This document shows, one piece after another, positions 35,256 to 48,903 of a stretch of DNA of 64,000 nt. Source of the DNA: Tubulanus polymorphus (taxonomy: Eukaryota > Animalia > Nemertea). The number at the start of each line of letters is the position of its first letter. Positions within the stretch are counted from its first letter, which is position 1. The stretch covers positions 9,270,451 to 9,334,450 of the forward strand of contig NC_134035.1 in NCBI RefSeq assembly GCF_964204645.1. Direction: 5' to 3'. The position numbers and the translations under genes are program-made. The notes under the pieces were generated by a model, which ran no database searches, had not been told where the DNA came from, and was given only the letters and a program-made list of their open reading frames with translations.

Positions 35256-37524
35256 ATGTTTGGGGTGTTAGTTGCCGGTCGATTGGTAAGTTCTTCAAAT
35301 GTGTTACAGATATTTCTTAATGTCAGATCAGATAATGCGATATTCTAGCAATATATTTCAACTGACATATCTACTAATGTAATATTAGTCTTCAATTTGG
35401 GGGGAATTTGAGGAACTTGGGCATGTTGGGAGTAAATTCACGGGCACTTTAATATGGGCTTTGATAATGGATAAATATTTGATAATTCACCAGCGATATG
35501 TTATCCCTGACTTCGATAATCCGCCTAGTCTAGTACCTAGCCGTTGTTCCTGAAACAACAGAACCGTAACAACGACTGGTGTTCAGACTAAATTTACCCA
35601 TGATGCAACGCGTGCCCATCGTTTAACTATACTATACAGAAAGGCTGGAAACACTCCTATCTCCGTAATGCTTAAATCTACCCGCAATTATCGGGACAGC
35701 CGGACACTACCGAAGATTGCCGAAGTACGTCCCAAGGTGTCAATTTTAATTCTGAAATATAAGGAGCGCCCACAACTTCAATTGTAGATGATTTTTTGGA
35801 AACATTGACACCGTTTTAGCTCTGTTAAAGATTTTAACTGGCAACAAAATTGATTTTTGAAAATTCGCGATACCTCTTCGGGATTGCTGTGACGTCATCT
35901 GTCCCGATATTTGCGGGTAGATTTAAGCATTACGGAGATAGGAGCGTCTACAGCCAACCATCTCTGACCTGCTAACCACACCATAATTGGTTACTTTCAG
36001 TGTCAGTTTAGCATATCCAGATCCAGATCACACGGGCTTGTAGTTTAACTTTGACCTAAAGGGTAAAAAATAGCTTAGATCCTCCAATATCCTAGGAACT
36101 GTATATGGAAAGAATATTTCCTGGGATATTGAATGATCTAAGCTACTATTCACCCCCTAACTTCAGTTAGCCCCTGTGATCCAGATAATAACGTGAAAAA
36201 TAACATCATCATCATAATCATCTTTGTTAGAGATAATCGCAACATTTGATCTATCAAAAAGCTTTCTTGTGTGACGGTTTGTAAAACTTTTATAAGTCGT
36301 AGATGCATTGACCCTGCCTATATGACCTGTCCATGGTCATTGATGTTAGATTTCCATTGACTCTCATTGTACTGGTCCATCCATGTACAACCACTGTTAA
36401 CTCAAACTGTCAATTATTTCATGTTTACCGTAGGTGTCAACTGATTTACAGAGGGTCAGTGAGACGCAAGTTATATTTACAATTCCTGACGCCGATAATG
36501 TTAATCATGTAGTTGTATTTATGACTGGCACGCAGCCATTCCCTGATGATGTTGGTGGAGCAGGTAGGTTCAACGAGGTCAAATCAATCCGGAATATCTC
36601 AGTTCTTGGTCCCGTTTGAAAAATCAGAACATCTGTTTTTATTTTCAGTGTATTTTAGTTGGCCGAATCCGACCGGTCCTGCCTGGCAACTACTAGGACA
36701 TATTACCAATACAAAACCAAGTGCCATTTTTAGAATATCAAATTTAAAGAAAGGTATCGGTTTTAACTCATTCACAATGAAATTAGGCCCTATGTCCAAA
36801 TTTGATGGAGTCTTCTGTAAGGCCTACTGTTCATTAACCCTTTCAGTCTACAACACAGTGTGCAGTGTATAAATTGGTTGTTGACGTTCATAGTACATTG
36901 CATTGTTCCTAGTACATTGCATTGTGCCTAGTACATTGCATCATTATGTGTATTAAAAGATTGCAGCACCTGTCAAACATAGTGAAAATATATAAGTAAC
37001 TAATGATACACCGCACTGCGGTGTAGACACACTACAGCCCATTATTCAAGACACTGAGGTGGAATTTTTGAAAATTTTAGAATTCTCCACCACTTCAGGG
37101 TATTAATGAGTCAGCGCTGAAAGGATTTTAAGTCAACTCCTCAGCTACAGATGTTGATATTTGTTCGATGAAAATAATTGAATATTTTTTTCTAGATGCC
37201 AGTGGAGTATCGGTGAATCCGTTTACGACGGGAATCGAGCAGCATCATATAGCACAGATCGGTATATCGGCTGAACCGCTGGCCCAACTCGCTCAACAAA
37301 CTCCCGTCGCGAACGCTTCCGTCTCGAACGTCAGCGCGTTCGTCGAATTCACGCAAAAAATGCTCGAAAACTTCGTCAATTTCGCGACGTCGTTCGCCGT
37401 CACTCAGAGTCAGATGATCCCTCAACCGACCGAAACTTACGTGCCGCTCAGTACATTGCAAAAATGGTTCGAAACATTTCAACGAAAGTTGCAAATGGAT
37501 CCGTATTTCTGGAGAAACTCTTGA
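35256..37524 (+). CDS. HIKESHI: Hikeshi (Hsp70 nuclear import carrier); exons 35256-35285, 36434-36563, 36649-36753, 37196-37524; 197 aa
   Basis: [10 protein letters not shown]|V...[14 protein letters not shown]...GGA|VYFSWP...[16 protein letters not shown]...QIGISAEPL...[16 protein letters not shown]. All introns are GT-AG and exon lengths sum to 594 nt. Confidence 0.95.
36834..37131. mobile_element. piggyBac-like MITE in HIKESHI intron 3
   Basis: TTAACCCTTTCAG...GCTGAAAGGATTTTAA, with the family's internal motifs. Confidence 0.8.
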
Positions 37525-37652
37525 ACGTTTAAGGGCGAAAAAAGAAGATTGTTTATTCAGATTCTACGGATACAGTGGACTCCGCCTTACCAGGTAGAAT
37601 TTGAGAAATGCAAATAAAATTATGTTCATTCATCTCTCCAAATACTGTCGCG

Positions 37653-38127
37653 GTCCCTAGAACTCTTTCATTCCTTAAAAACTCCTTCAAAACAGAAAAT
37701 GCTTTTAAAGGTGCCTGAAACTCCTTCAAATTTGAGAAATCTGTCTTGTTTGTAGTTGTACAATGATGAACTAGCCCTGTGTTGATTCAGTTGGGACCAG
37801 GATTTGTTTTTACCCTATTAGGCAATTACCAAATTAGAAACAGAGTTCAGGTAGTGTAAATTATAAATATTTGCTTACAAACTATGAAATTAATGGTTTA
37901 CCGAGATAAACCCAGTCCCGATTTAGGAGTAGTCAATTGGGGTATGAAAGTGATGCAGACACTTCCTTGAAATTTTCTCCTTTAAAACTCCTTATATCCA
38001 GGAATGATTGATCTGTAGGGAATCTGTATATTCAGGAATGATTGATCTGTAGGGACCCTGTATATCCAGGAATGACTGATCTGTAGGGACCCTGTATATC
38101 CAGGAATGACTGATCTGTAGGGACCCC
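37653..38127 (-). mobile_element. CAGGGTCCC-family MITE whose terminal 34 bp is repeated about 4 times
   Basis: Reverse copy of 7026-7435, with (TATATCCAGGAATGACTGATCTGTAGGGACCCTG)n at about 37993-38127. Confidence 0.8.
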
Positions 38128-38510
38128 GACTGTGGAAACCTCATAAATGAGGAACATCAATGAGTAAAATCCCACTATAGAAATATTTCGGGTGGTTACT
38201 ACCACCTTTTTCAGTCTGGTTTTATCATGGATATTGTGATCTAGAACTGATTTAACCAAGTTATCAGCCAATTAGGAGTTTTTCGAAAAAATTTTTGACA
38301 TACATTTTTTGGGAAAACTCCCAATTGGCTAACAGGAAATTGTCAGACAGGTTTCTGTGTCTATCTGTACGGATTAAGGCGGAGTCTACCAAATGCCGTG
38401 TGTCTCCGGATATTTTTTGAATCAATGTTAATTCATATGAATAGAAAATTACTATTGAAATTATTATCGCAATTCTAGTGTGCTCATTTGTGAACCAGTA
38501 CTGAGATCTT

Positions 38511-38791
38511 TTAACCATTTCTGTGTGTCTACACCGCAATGCGATGTATAAATCAGTGATGGATTTTGCTAGTACACCGCGGTGTGGTGTATTGATGTAA
38601 TTAGTAATTATCTCTCTTGAAAAATGGCAGCAACACAGTGAAATACTAGAAACTAACGATACACCGCGCCGCGGTGTTGACGCACTATAGTGGTATTCCC
38701 GTTATTCAACACGCTAGGGTGGAATTTTTAAAAAAATTTCAAATTATCTCAAGCATTAGAGGGTATTAATTCATAGCACTTAAAGGGTTAA
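38511..38791. mobile_element. piggyBac-like MITE
   Basis: TTAACC...AAAGGGTTAA ends; collinear with 54872-55146. Confidence 0.8.
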
Positions 38792-39128
38792 TTGATGCAG
38801 CAGTAATTAGGCATTTACTACATATGTGTAGGTATATTTTAGTTGATGAGCTATTATAGTATTAATTGAGCGATAATTCAAACCGATGTATGTTATAGAT
38901 AATAGCGAATTACTCGTTTTCTTAAAATGATATGTTAACCGGTATATGTATTGAAGTGTTCATTAAACCTATTGTTTGTTATATAAGCAAATTAGGTTCG
39001 CATGAGCGCATTATTATAGCCTCTTATGGGTAAAATTTAACCAATCCCAACGTCAATGCTGTCCTTGTTAGCAATCTATATCTCGGGTGTCTTCGTAAAG
39101 TTTACAGCCTGCCAATGAATCAAGAATA

Positions 39129-39472
39129 CAGGGTTCATACGACTTCTCGATTCCTTAAAACTCCTTCTCAATGGAAAATGCTTTTAAATGTGGCCAAAAC
39201 TCCTTAAATTTTGAGAAATAGGCAATTAGACATTTTTGTCTAGTTTGTAGTTATAGAGTAGACTACCCCTAAATCGGTACAGTTGGGACCAGGATTTGTT
39301 TTTGAACAAATAAGATGCTTACTGAATTAGAAACAAAGTTCATTAAGTAGTGAATAGGAAAAAAAAGAGTAAAACAGTACCGATTTAGGAGGAATCCACT
39401 CTACCTGGGCTATGAAAGTGATGCCCTCAAAATTTGAAATGTTCTCCTTTTAAAACTACTTATATCCAGGAA
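39129..39472 (-). mobile_element. CAGGGTCCC-family MITE, partial reverse copy
   Basis: Collinear with 37653-38005. Confidence 0.7.
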
Positions 39473-40980
39473 TGTGTAGAATTTTACCAGTTAAAATTAC
39501 ATCAAGTGTTGGACTCCAACACCTTTCACCAGTATTATATACAGGAGACTCTACCCTGTGCTCGATTGATTGGACTGTAAATATTTCACTGAGTTGGGGA
39601 CTCGGGAAATCGAAAGTCTTAGCAAGAAATTGTAAAATTCACCGACCATTACCGTAAGATATTTGCTCTATAAAAACTTTTGAGATCAGCTTTGCGATTG
39701 GAAAAAATATGTGCTTGTTTGATACTGAAGTTTCCTGCTAATCCAACTATGTCGTATGATTGAAATAAGATTTTACATATAATTAGAGTTATCAAAATCA
39801 ATCTTTCTAGCTTTTCTATTTTGTCTATAGATCTGTTTGATGCGAACTTTGTATTCAATGAAAGAACAGCTTAAACCAGTGTGAAATAAATTGTGTTGGT
39901 CGTATTTTCATATTCTAATTGCTTATTTTCAAATAAATTTTCTACAAAACGAAATCATTTTGTAACATAAATATCCTGTTTGGTTTGAATTTCAAATGGA
40001 TCATCCTAATATATTGAAAATATGGGATACCGGCAACATCAGATGGCGCAACAATACACCGGGTTATTCACAGTGAAAGTCAGTTCATTTTCAAATTTGA
40101 AATTTGACCTTACCAGGCCTTCATTTCATCTGTGAAGATGATGTTGATGAACTTGATTTTAGGCTTCCAAATCCGAAAATTATCAAACGAGTCATCGGAT
40201 GGATAAAAGATTCCCTTTCTCACTCAGTGTATGGTATTGATTTCACTGAAATTTGATTTACTAATGAGAAAAGTTGACTTGAATTTAATTGAAATATAGA
40301 AGAAATTGAAACACAGTAAGTAACACAGTGCCACTAGAGATCCTGGCGGATTATCGCTAAATCCTCGGTAGCCTTGCCAGTATCCCATTGTGTCTCGTTC
40401 ATAATTCAAGCGACTCCGGGAAGGTTGGAAACAACGAAAGATTATCGCATGAATTGCGGTGAGCAAAATTAAAAATTTCTCATCCAGTGAATAGGATAAT
40501 CCAAGGCTATCAGCTCCGTGGCAGTGTCTACTGTAGTGAACTTACAAGATTTATACCACGACGATTGAAGATCTTATAATGATTCTACTGTTTAGACTTT
40601 AATTTGTAAATAAAAACACGTATAACATATATTTTGGTAACGACCAACAACTTTCAACAAAAAATAAGGGTACCGCAGTACATGACAAAAAAAATTTACA
40701 TTTGACTGTAGATATACTCGTAGAGAGGAACCTCGTTAAAATGAAAATTATCCCGACCTAGAAGAAAAAATAATTCTGCAAACAGGTCCCTTAAAGTTAG
40801 GAAAATGGATGGAAAGGAAGTTAAGTAACCTGAGAACAGATTCATGGTTCCTTTAAGTTAGGAAGTGCCACTTATAAAATTAGTATATTGCACGTAATAA
40901 ATTGATAGGCTTTAACATCGCATAAACAAATAAAATAAAACTTCTGAAATAAAACTTCCACTACAATCTCTCTCACATCG

Positions 40981-43900
40981 CTAAAACAACCGATAAGGGT
41001 ACATTCTTGGTGGTGAAGTTACCGGTAGTGAAGACGTCGGTTTATGAGGTCCACCGTAAATCCAGTTGTCGAACGGATTGTAATGCGAATGCGCGGAAGA
41101 CTCTTGAGTCGTCGTCGTCGCCGAGGCCGAACAGTCGTCCAGATATTCCAGTATATCCATTGCCGAGCTAACGTTCTAAAAATCATAAGAAACGCAGCTT
41201 TAAATACTTCAATCATTCCAAACAATTGTCACGAATTTTATATAAATTCAACATTTTCCACATAATATGTTGGAAAGATTTAAGAATCTCCGAGCCTATT
41301 CAGGCAGGGCGGCCACTGACCTGGAAAACTGAGGATATTAGAAACAATCCAGGAAAACTCAGGGAATTTGGCAAATTGTGGGAAAACTCGGAATTCGGAT
41401 TATGTTATCGACCAGGTGTTTCTTAGTCAATATGCGATTCATCAAAATTTATAATGGAAAACTCTGGGAATTTGTAAATTGGTGGAAAGTGGCCGCCCTG
41501 TGAGGATGTTAAGCATCATTTAACACCCAACTGTCGAACCCATGAATGATGGTTTGATAAGACCGATAAGCTGCTGTATTTGTACCTGATTATCACCGCT
41601 GTTACTCATCTGATGAGCTGGCGGTATTTCTAGCTGTCCGTGAGGATACATCGATTCCATTAATATGTCTGTCTACAAAACAAACAAAAATATGTGCACA
41701 TTTTATCACTTGTGGCAAAATACCCCATAAATGTCCCAAAAAAGTTACCCAAACTTAAAGGTTGAGGAATTACCACTACAGGGTGGTCTTGGGGGTCTGG
41801 ATCCTGCTTTTCCATTGAGGTTTTCCTTTTCACCAAGCCAGAGATAGTTAAAACCTGCATCTTCTCGGAATTTGCATCTTTTAGGATGTATTTCGTGAAA
41901 CTAATCTTAAAACCAAGGGCAGGACACCCAGAGTGGCTTTTGACATGGCTGCTTCATCGGAATAATGCCCTTTCTTTTCTTTTTTGAACCTTAGTCTTCA
42001 AATTTTCCTAGATCCGCCCCTGCCCTCAGATCCCTAGGGGGTGTTGAATCATCAAAACAGGTGAAAACCACAATAGCAACAATGATAAGCCATTGTAATG
42101 TCAGATAAATTTCAAAATGTTCAAAGTGATTTTTTCAGTCCCCACATCAGTATGAAACTCGACCCAGGTATTTACTTGAATAGGAAATCGGTTGGAGATG
42201 GAGTTTCGCCCCTGTGCGGACAGTCTATATTTTGAAGATGTAGACGAATGTTGTGAAAAGTGATTCGACGACTGTTGAGATGAAAGCCGAGATTCCGTAT
42301 TCAAACGATCGTTCAATTGTAACAATTCGTTGGCGTCCATCAGCTGACTATCCGGCTGCGCAGCGGAATGCGACGCGATTCCCTGATGACGAAAATCTGT
42401 AAATTCTAACAACGATCGCGGTTTCATCATCGGTAAACATTGTTCATGCTCACGGAAAACAGGCACGTCTATAAGAAAGAAACAAGTAAATATATCTTGG
42501 AAACCCTCAGACCACTGAAGAGGCTTTTGACATGTAACTGGCAGGCTAAAATCTGCGCTCATCCTGTCTATTCCTAATATCCTACTATGAACCTAGAAAA
42601 AAACCCGAGGGTCCAAAATCGAAGCTCTAGCCCAGTATCTCGACATAAACCAAGAAAAAATACCTGTGGGTCCAAAATCAAAGCTCCCAACCCCCCTAGT
42701 ATCTCGGCATAAACCAAGAAAAAATATCTGTGGGTACAATATCAAAGCTCTACCCCCAGTATTGTAGTATACGCCTAGAAAAAATTCCTGGGGTCAAAAA
42801 TCCAAAATTTTAATTGAATAAATCTCTGAAGACGGATAGAACGAACCTAAGTATTCAAAATATCAGTGAAACAGAAATTTTTAATTGTTCATCGATATTG
42901 TCGGTTTTTTTATGTATGTCTCAAAATACATACATGGTTGTGTTTGTTGCGGACTGCTGGCGACCGGGTAATTTCTGTTAAGAGATCGACGCACGGTTGC
43001 CGACGATACCATACTTCCGACGGTAGGTGGCGTTTTCGTCTTCACCGGCTGCGGCGTGGCGTCTTTGCGCACGTACGGAGAACTATGAAAAAAGAATTCC
43101 ATTCAAGATCATAAAATTGGATCCCCACCGTCGAATCCAGTTCTTGTAATTTTCCATCGCCCTTTTCTTTTGGCTGCGTAGATACTTAACTTGCCCTTTT
43201 TCAGTAAATATACCCTTTTCACTTCTTTGTGCTCCTGTCACAAAGTCTGCCCTTGAATCCGCCCTTGATCCCATTAGTTTGATTATTTTCAACTTACTTT
43301 TGTCGGTAAATTCGTAACAGGCAGTTCTTCGTTTCCGTGGCCAAATCTACATTTTGAGAAAAGGTATTTCGATATAATATAGGATTGGAGTTTAGAAAGT
43401 AAAGGACGCTTAAAAACTGATGATGACGATGACGATGATGATAATGATGATGATGATGGAATGACGGTTTACCAGCGCCAGGAAACATTTTCTTCTTATT
43501 ACACCGGAGTTTAGATACCAGTCTAGAGGCAATCTCAGACAGCGCCGGTGACTGAAATAAATCAAAGTTGTTGTTTTGAAATGAAATGTTTATGAATTAA
43601 TTTTTATTGGAGCTGATTCATTACTAGAACCTTGTGGAACAAATAATAAACAGCTATGTAGCTGTTACTCGTACAGGGTGCTGTCACTTTCCGGCCATTT
43701 ACCAAACTCCTGAGTTTTCCCTGATTTATGCATGCGTTTACACAAAATCGCCCACGTGAATCAGAGAGATTTCTAGATTTAAAATGTGACAATTCATTTA
43801 TTTTTCATTGAATCACGTACCGATAAAGAAACACGTGGTCAATAGCATCATCCAAATTACCTAATTTTTGGTAAAATTTGTCAAATTCCCCTGATTTTTT

Positions 43901-46900
43901 TCTAGAATTTTCTGATTCCCTTAGTTTTCCAGGTTTTCCAGGTCAGTGGCCACCCTGTTACAAGGGACTGAATTCATAAAACTGGGTGTCTCTGTAGGGG
44001 ATATTGTTTCAATAATCTCCATAAAAGCAATAGTCTGAATTTAATGATCATACCGATGGTAAAGACTCCTCATCATCAGCAACTTCTGGTGATTGCATCA
44101 TATTCATCGGGCTAAAAGACAAATCAAGAATAAACACTTGCTCAATTAAGAAGTCATCGAATAAAACTTCACGATCACGTTTACAGAAAATTCCCGCGAT
44201 AATATGAGGTAAAATTTTACAATTTCCTATTCATTTCTATAGTTAATAAACACTCTTAGTAGGATGGCCCATAACGAGTTCCCCGATCTTTTAAAGTTGG
44301 ACTTGTCGATATTAGTTATGAGTTGTCTGAGGTATTGTGCGGTGGTGGCTGACCGTACATGCTATTGCTCTCTACGGAGTGATCGCTGAGGCAATTATAG
44401 AATTGTTTTTATCAAATGGTTAATACGAGATCCGGTTAGTGCGATGATTTTTCATTTTCCCACGGACATCGTACTAACGAAATTCCACTGTAAATTACAA
44501 AAGCCGTGCCCTCTATCGGTACCTTGTTTGACGCTGTCCGCCGCGGGAAGCGTTCGTTTGACGGTGAAAACTTGTAGATAAACGAGGAGATGTGGACGAC
44601 ACGCGAGGAGAATCTGCAGGTAGAGATACAGATGAAGATCGTCCAGCTTCAAGAACTAATCTCGCTCTATTTAGATAGAAGATGAAAGACATAAACACTA
44701 AACAGTTCAATTTATCGTCACGGAAAATAGGGAGACCTTATTACAACGAACTTCAGGGGAAATTTGTTTGTTTTTAAACAAACATTTTGTACAAGATTGA
44801 TCAAAACAGGGTGGCAACTTTTGTTTGACCCACATTTTCCTTAACATTTAAGTCGGGTTTTCCCCAACTCGATCTGCTAACAATCCAATCAAAACGCAAT
44901 CTCAACAAATTTCCCTGATTTATAGCTTTTTTTTGTGCAAAATTCCCCAACTTTTTTAAAAAGGTAATTCTCTGATATGCAGGTAAATGGCAACCCTGTC
45001 AAACTTTCTAGTAAATTTTCATCGGTCCGGAAATTCCTGATTTTTTCCATTCGAGGTTCCAAGAGGATTTTGTGCGAACCTTTCGTGAATGTTATGTTTT
45101 CGTTCGGGAACGTCCAACACTTTTTTCAGATCTGCGTCGACTTTAGCTTTCAGTTTGTCATTCATGGGCAAAACTGACGGATCTAGATTTCAAAATAGCG
45201 GATTTAGACAAATAACAGCAATTGAACGGTTTCAATCTTTTGAGCGACAATCTTTTCATACCTCTGACGATTGTTGCGGATGCTTTCCCATGTTTAAATA
45301 GCCCTAACCTTCTCTAAAATAAATAGTGACAAATGAGTCAATGGTAGAATAGAGAACAGACAAAATCTGTTATAACACCATTGTTTTTAATGGCATCTCT
45401 AACGTAACGCCAAAATTCCTCTGAGAACGAAATACATTCAAATTCAATGAAAACACCAATCTTAAAAACAGCAAATTTGCCATATTTTTCAATGATGGCG
45501 TTTCAAAACACTTTGACTGTATCTAGATTTTAATAAGAGTTTTTTTCAACGATTCAAGATCTCGAATGATGACAGGGTAGCCACTTTTCGCCCAATTACG
45601 AATCCCCCGAGTTTTCCCTGACTTTTAAACAGAACATTCCCTGACTAAATCAGAGGAATTTCTTGTTTCAGATGTTACAATTCATTCATTTTTCATTGAA
45701 ACACGAACTGATAAAGAAACACGTGGTCAATAATAGCATTATCAGAGTTCACCGAGTTTTCAAGGTTTTTGGTAAAATTTGTAAAATGCTCGACCGAGTT
45801 TCCCTTTTTTTCCAGGTTTTTTGTGGCCACCCTGTGAAATGCATCATCCTAATCCATATCAGTATGAGACAGAATAATCTTGATCAAGATTTGGATTAAC
45901 ACAATACATATTTAGTGTTGGAAAGAAAGAGTCAATAAATATATAAGTGGCTTACAGTTATTCTGCTATGCGTAATAGTTCGAATTAAATCCACAGATGA
46001 CTTATTCAGCTCGCTATCGACAGGCTTCTAAAATAGAGAGGATAAAATATCAGTTTTAGTTTAGCAGAATAGATAAAAACTCAAATGATAATAAGATTAA
46101 AACCCCACTATTTACATATGTATTTACGATCAAGATTTATAGTCAACTAAGTCACAACATCTAGAGGTCATTGTGCAGTGTTCTCCACAACAGGTTTTGG
46201 CGGAACGGCTACTCCTTTCACTTTAGCACTCACCCCTCTGAAAATCAGCTACCCCTTATAAAATATCTGCTGCCCCTACCAGAATAAATGTAAATATTCT
46301 ATCAATGCTGATAATTGCTTTGAAATATATTGAGCTAATGTGAAAATAGAAGGTTACACCAACATTAAGCTTGAATTTTGTATATTTTTTAGGGGTTCAA
46401 AAGCGTTGCTACTTTAGCAATCCAAACCCTTTAAAATCCCAGCATATGGAGAACACTGATTGTCAAATGTGAAGAAATACAGATGAAATGAAGGGTCGCA
46501 GGTGAAAAAAATTGAGTAAATTAGAATATTTTATGAATTTTTTTCGATCGGAGAGGAACAAAATAAGGCGTCTTTTCTCATTACCTGACTCACACGTCTC
46601 GCATATGTTTTATTGCGCTGAGTTTTTGTTCTACGAGATTTTATTCTTTTGCGATCTAAATAATCATTTTTTGCTCCTTTCTTGTCGAGATTCATCGCTT
46701 TCATCGTCTTACCGCGATCAGCTGAATCCGATAGAACAAGGTACTGGTTTTCAATTTCGAATACCGAAAACAAATCAAGAGAAATACACACTCGTGACAT
46801 TAGGCCCTACCCATTTTTTCCTTTAGTTGCCTTTTTCTGCGTTTCTTGCGTAACGATATGTCTTCATTTTCCTGCACAACTCGGACTGAATTTGTTAAAG

Positions 46901-46928
46901 AACTCGGTTCTTTAGAAGACTTTTCCAT
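40981..46928 (-). CDS. PRR19-like protein (putative), 13 coding exons, about 511 aa
   Basis: Exons 46928-46811, 46721-46585, 46027-45956, 45313-45262, 45182-45080, 44666-44523, 44111-44054, 43551-43473, 43346-43298, 43082-42934, 42468-42176, 41672-41586, 41175-40981. All are GT-AG and phase-consistent, 1536 nt with no internal stop. Motifs RIKSRRTKTQRNK, ITHSRITRRLGLF, FPGADLATETKNCLL and C-terminal YPYRLF* recall PRR19. The start codon is uncertain. The gene model is better supported than the family call. Confidence 0.7.
41305..41500. mobile_element. CAGGG(T/C)GGCCAC-type MITE; relatives at about 43674-43957, 44807-44998, 45573-45834, 58488-58755 and 62958-63260
   Basis: TIRs CAGGGCGGCCACT / AGTGGCCGCCCTG and repeated internal TTCCCTGA motifs. 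Confidence 0.8.
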
Positions 46929-48658
46929 GACCTTCTAGAATACAAAATTAAAGAGACTTATTCAGGCCAATTATTTCTCAGAAACTCAGGTTTCGGCTCA
47001 AATCTCCATAACTCTATTTCAGGAAGCAACTGGGTCGCTGATATCGTTGTGAGATATTTGTTGTAGAGTGATGGTTATAGGCTCGTCGGAAGCAGAAAGT
47101 CTTCTAGTTTGTATTAGAGCTGATTTCATCCAAATGATTTGGAAAATGTTTTTAATTACAGGCAATTGAAGTGGAGAGGTCATTTTCAGATTGACGATTA
47201 GTTGCCACCCTTGTTTTTTCATTACAGGGATACTGGGGTTGGTCATTGATCATTCCCAGGATATTTTTTGGGGAATTTGTTTTTAGGGATAGAATGGGAC
47301 CCCAGAAAATTTTTGAAAATTTCATGCAAGCAGGCACATTCTGGTGCAATCTGAGGCCTTCCGATCGTTTATTGAGAGACCCACTCGCTGTCCTGTGACG
47401 TGTGTGCATCGTTAATGCATATTGAACACAGAGAGGCGTAGCCGGAAGGTTTTCATTTTCAATGTAATGTAGTGAAATCACCACTGATGATTAAATTGTA
47501 ATTCAGCAAATGGCAATGCAGACCATGTGTCGACGTTTGAAAATTCAAATAGGGGGTTCATTCGAACTACCGAACCCCCTCTCCCTAGTCATGTTGATAC
47601 TGGTTTTATTCATTCACAGTCAATTGTGACAAGTTTGTGTGGAACAGATGAACTAGTTCATGATTATTCTGTAGATAAGAGGCCCATTCATCATCCAGCA
47701 AGCAGCAGAGAGCAACAAGACTGGAGAGCGTGTGTGTGTGGTGACGGTCACGGTGATTGCACACGCTTCATTACTGATAAAATTGGCTTCAAACTGCAGT
47801 ATTTTCTGAACGAATATCAATTACTTTCAATAAAGAACAATATTTACGTATTTTTGGAATCACTGTTGTCGTCAAGAATGAATGATTTCGTCATATTTTC
47901 CGAGTAAATTGAGAAAATCTACGAAATTTCATGTCGAAATATCCTCCAGCTCCACACAAAACATTGTCTAATTCAATAATGGGTAGCTCCGAGTATATCT
48001 AAATCAGGGCATCCATATCCATATCTAAATCAGAGCTACCCATTTTTCGCCTAATTCCCGGATTTTGCACTTAGATTCGGATGAGTGGGAAACGGACTCT
48101 TCCAAATAACATATTTTTCCAATCACATAAAAGTATCCAACATTTCGATTGAAATAATCAAGCATTAATTTATCTCAATCATTTAAACGTATTTTCAAAA
48201 TCAGAAGGTTTCATCCGTTCATATAGAAGGAGAAAACTGTTATTGCGAAATTGCACCCAGTTTAGGCTTTTGAAGCGAAAAAAATTAATACTAGGAATCA
48301 TAAGTCATAAATTTTATGTATTTAATAAATTTATTTCGAGTAGGGCATGTGAAATGAAATGTATATGTAACGTATGATAATACTCGATACATTCTAATTA
48401 TAGGAATCGCAAAATAGATAGCAGTAACATGATGTATACTTGTATGATTTCAACAGCGAAATATCTTCACTTCTAGTGACGAATGTTTCGATTTAAAATT
48501 CAATTATCTCGATTCAAAATAAGATACGATATAACAAGACTTAAGAACATCTATAGAAACCCTGTAAAGATCTTTTCAAGATAACACTAACAATCATTCT
48601 AAATACAACCAAAAATACACGTCTAAAATGAGATAATATAATTAACCTGGCGCTGATC

Positions 48659-48903
48659 CAGGGGCGGATCCAAGCTATTCCACCGCATTCCAGAATATAG
48701 TCAGAAAATGTGAATAACATACTTTCTAGAAGTACCTAATCTTACAGGTCCAGAATGCCTTTAAATACAAGGATATTGAGTCATTTTTCAAATTTTCTTG
48801 GGGAGGAACCCCAAACCTCCCTTCAATGAGCTTCACCGCCAGCATATCATTGAGCAATAATTTTTAGGAATATACTCTAATTAACTGGCTTTATCCGCCC
48901 CTG
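48659..48903. mobile_element. CAGGGGCGGAT-type MITE
   Basis: TIRs CAGGGGCGGAT / ATCCGCCCCTG. Confidence 0.75.

Noticed and set aside
43294-43488. His-rich ORF
   Set aside because: The His run is an intronic (CAT)n microsatellite between two PRR19-like exons.
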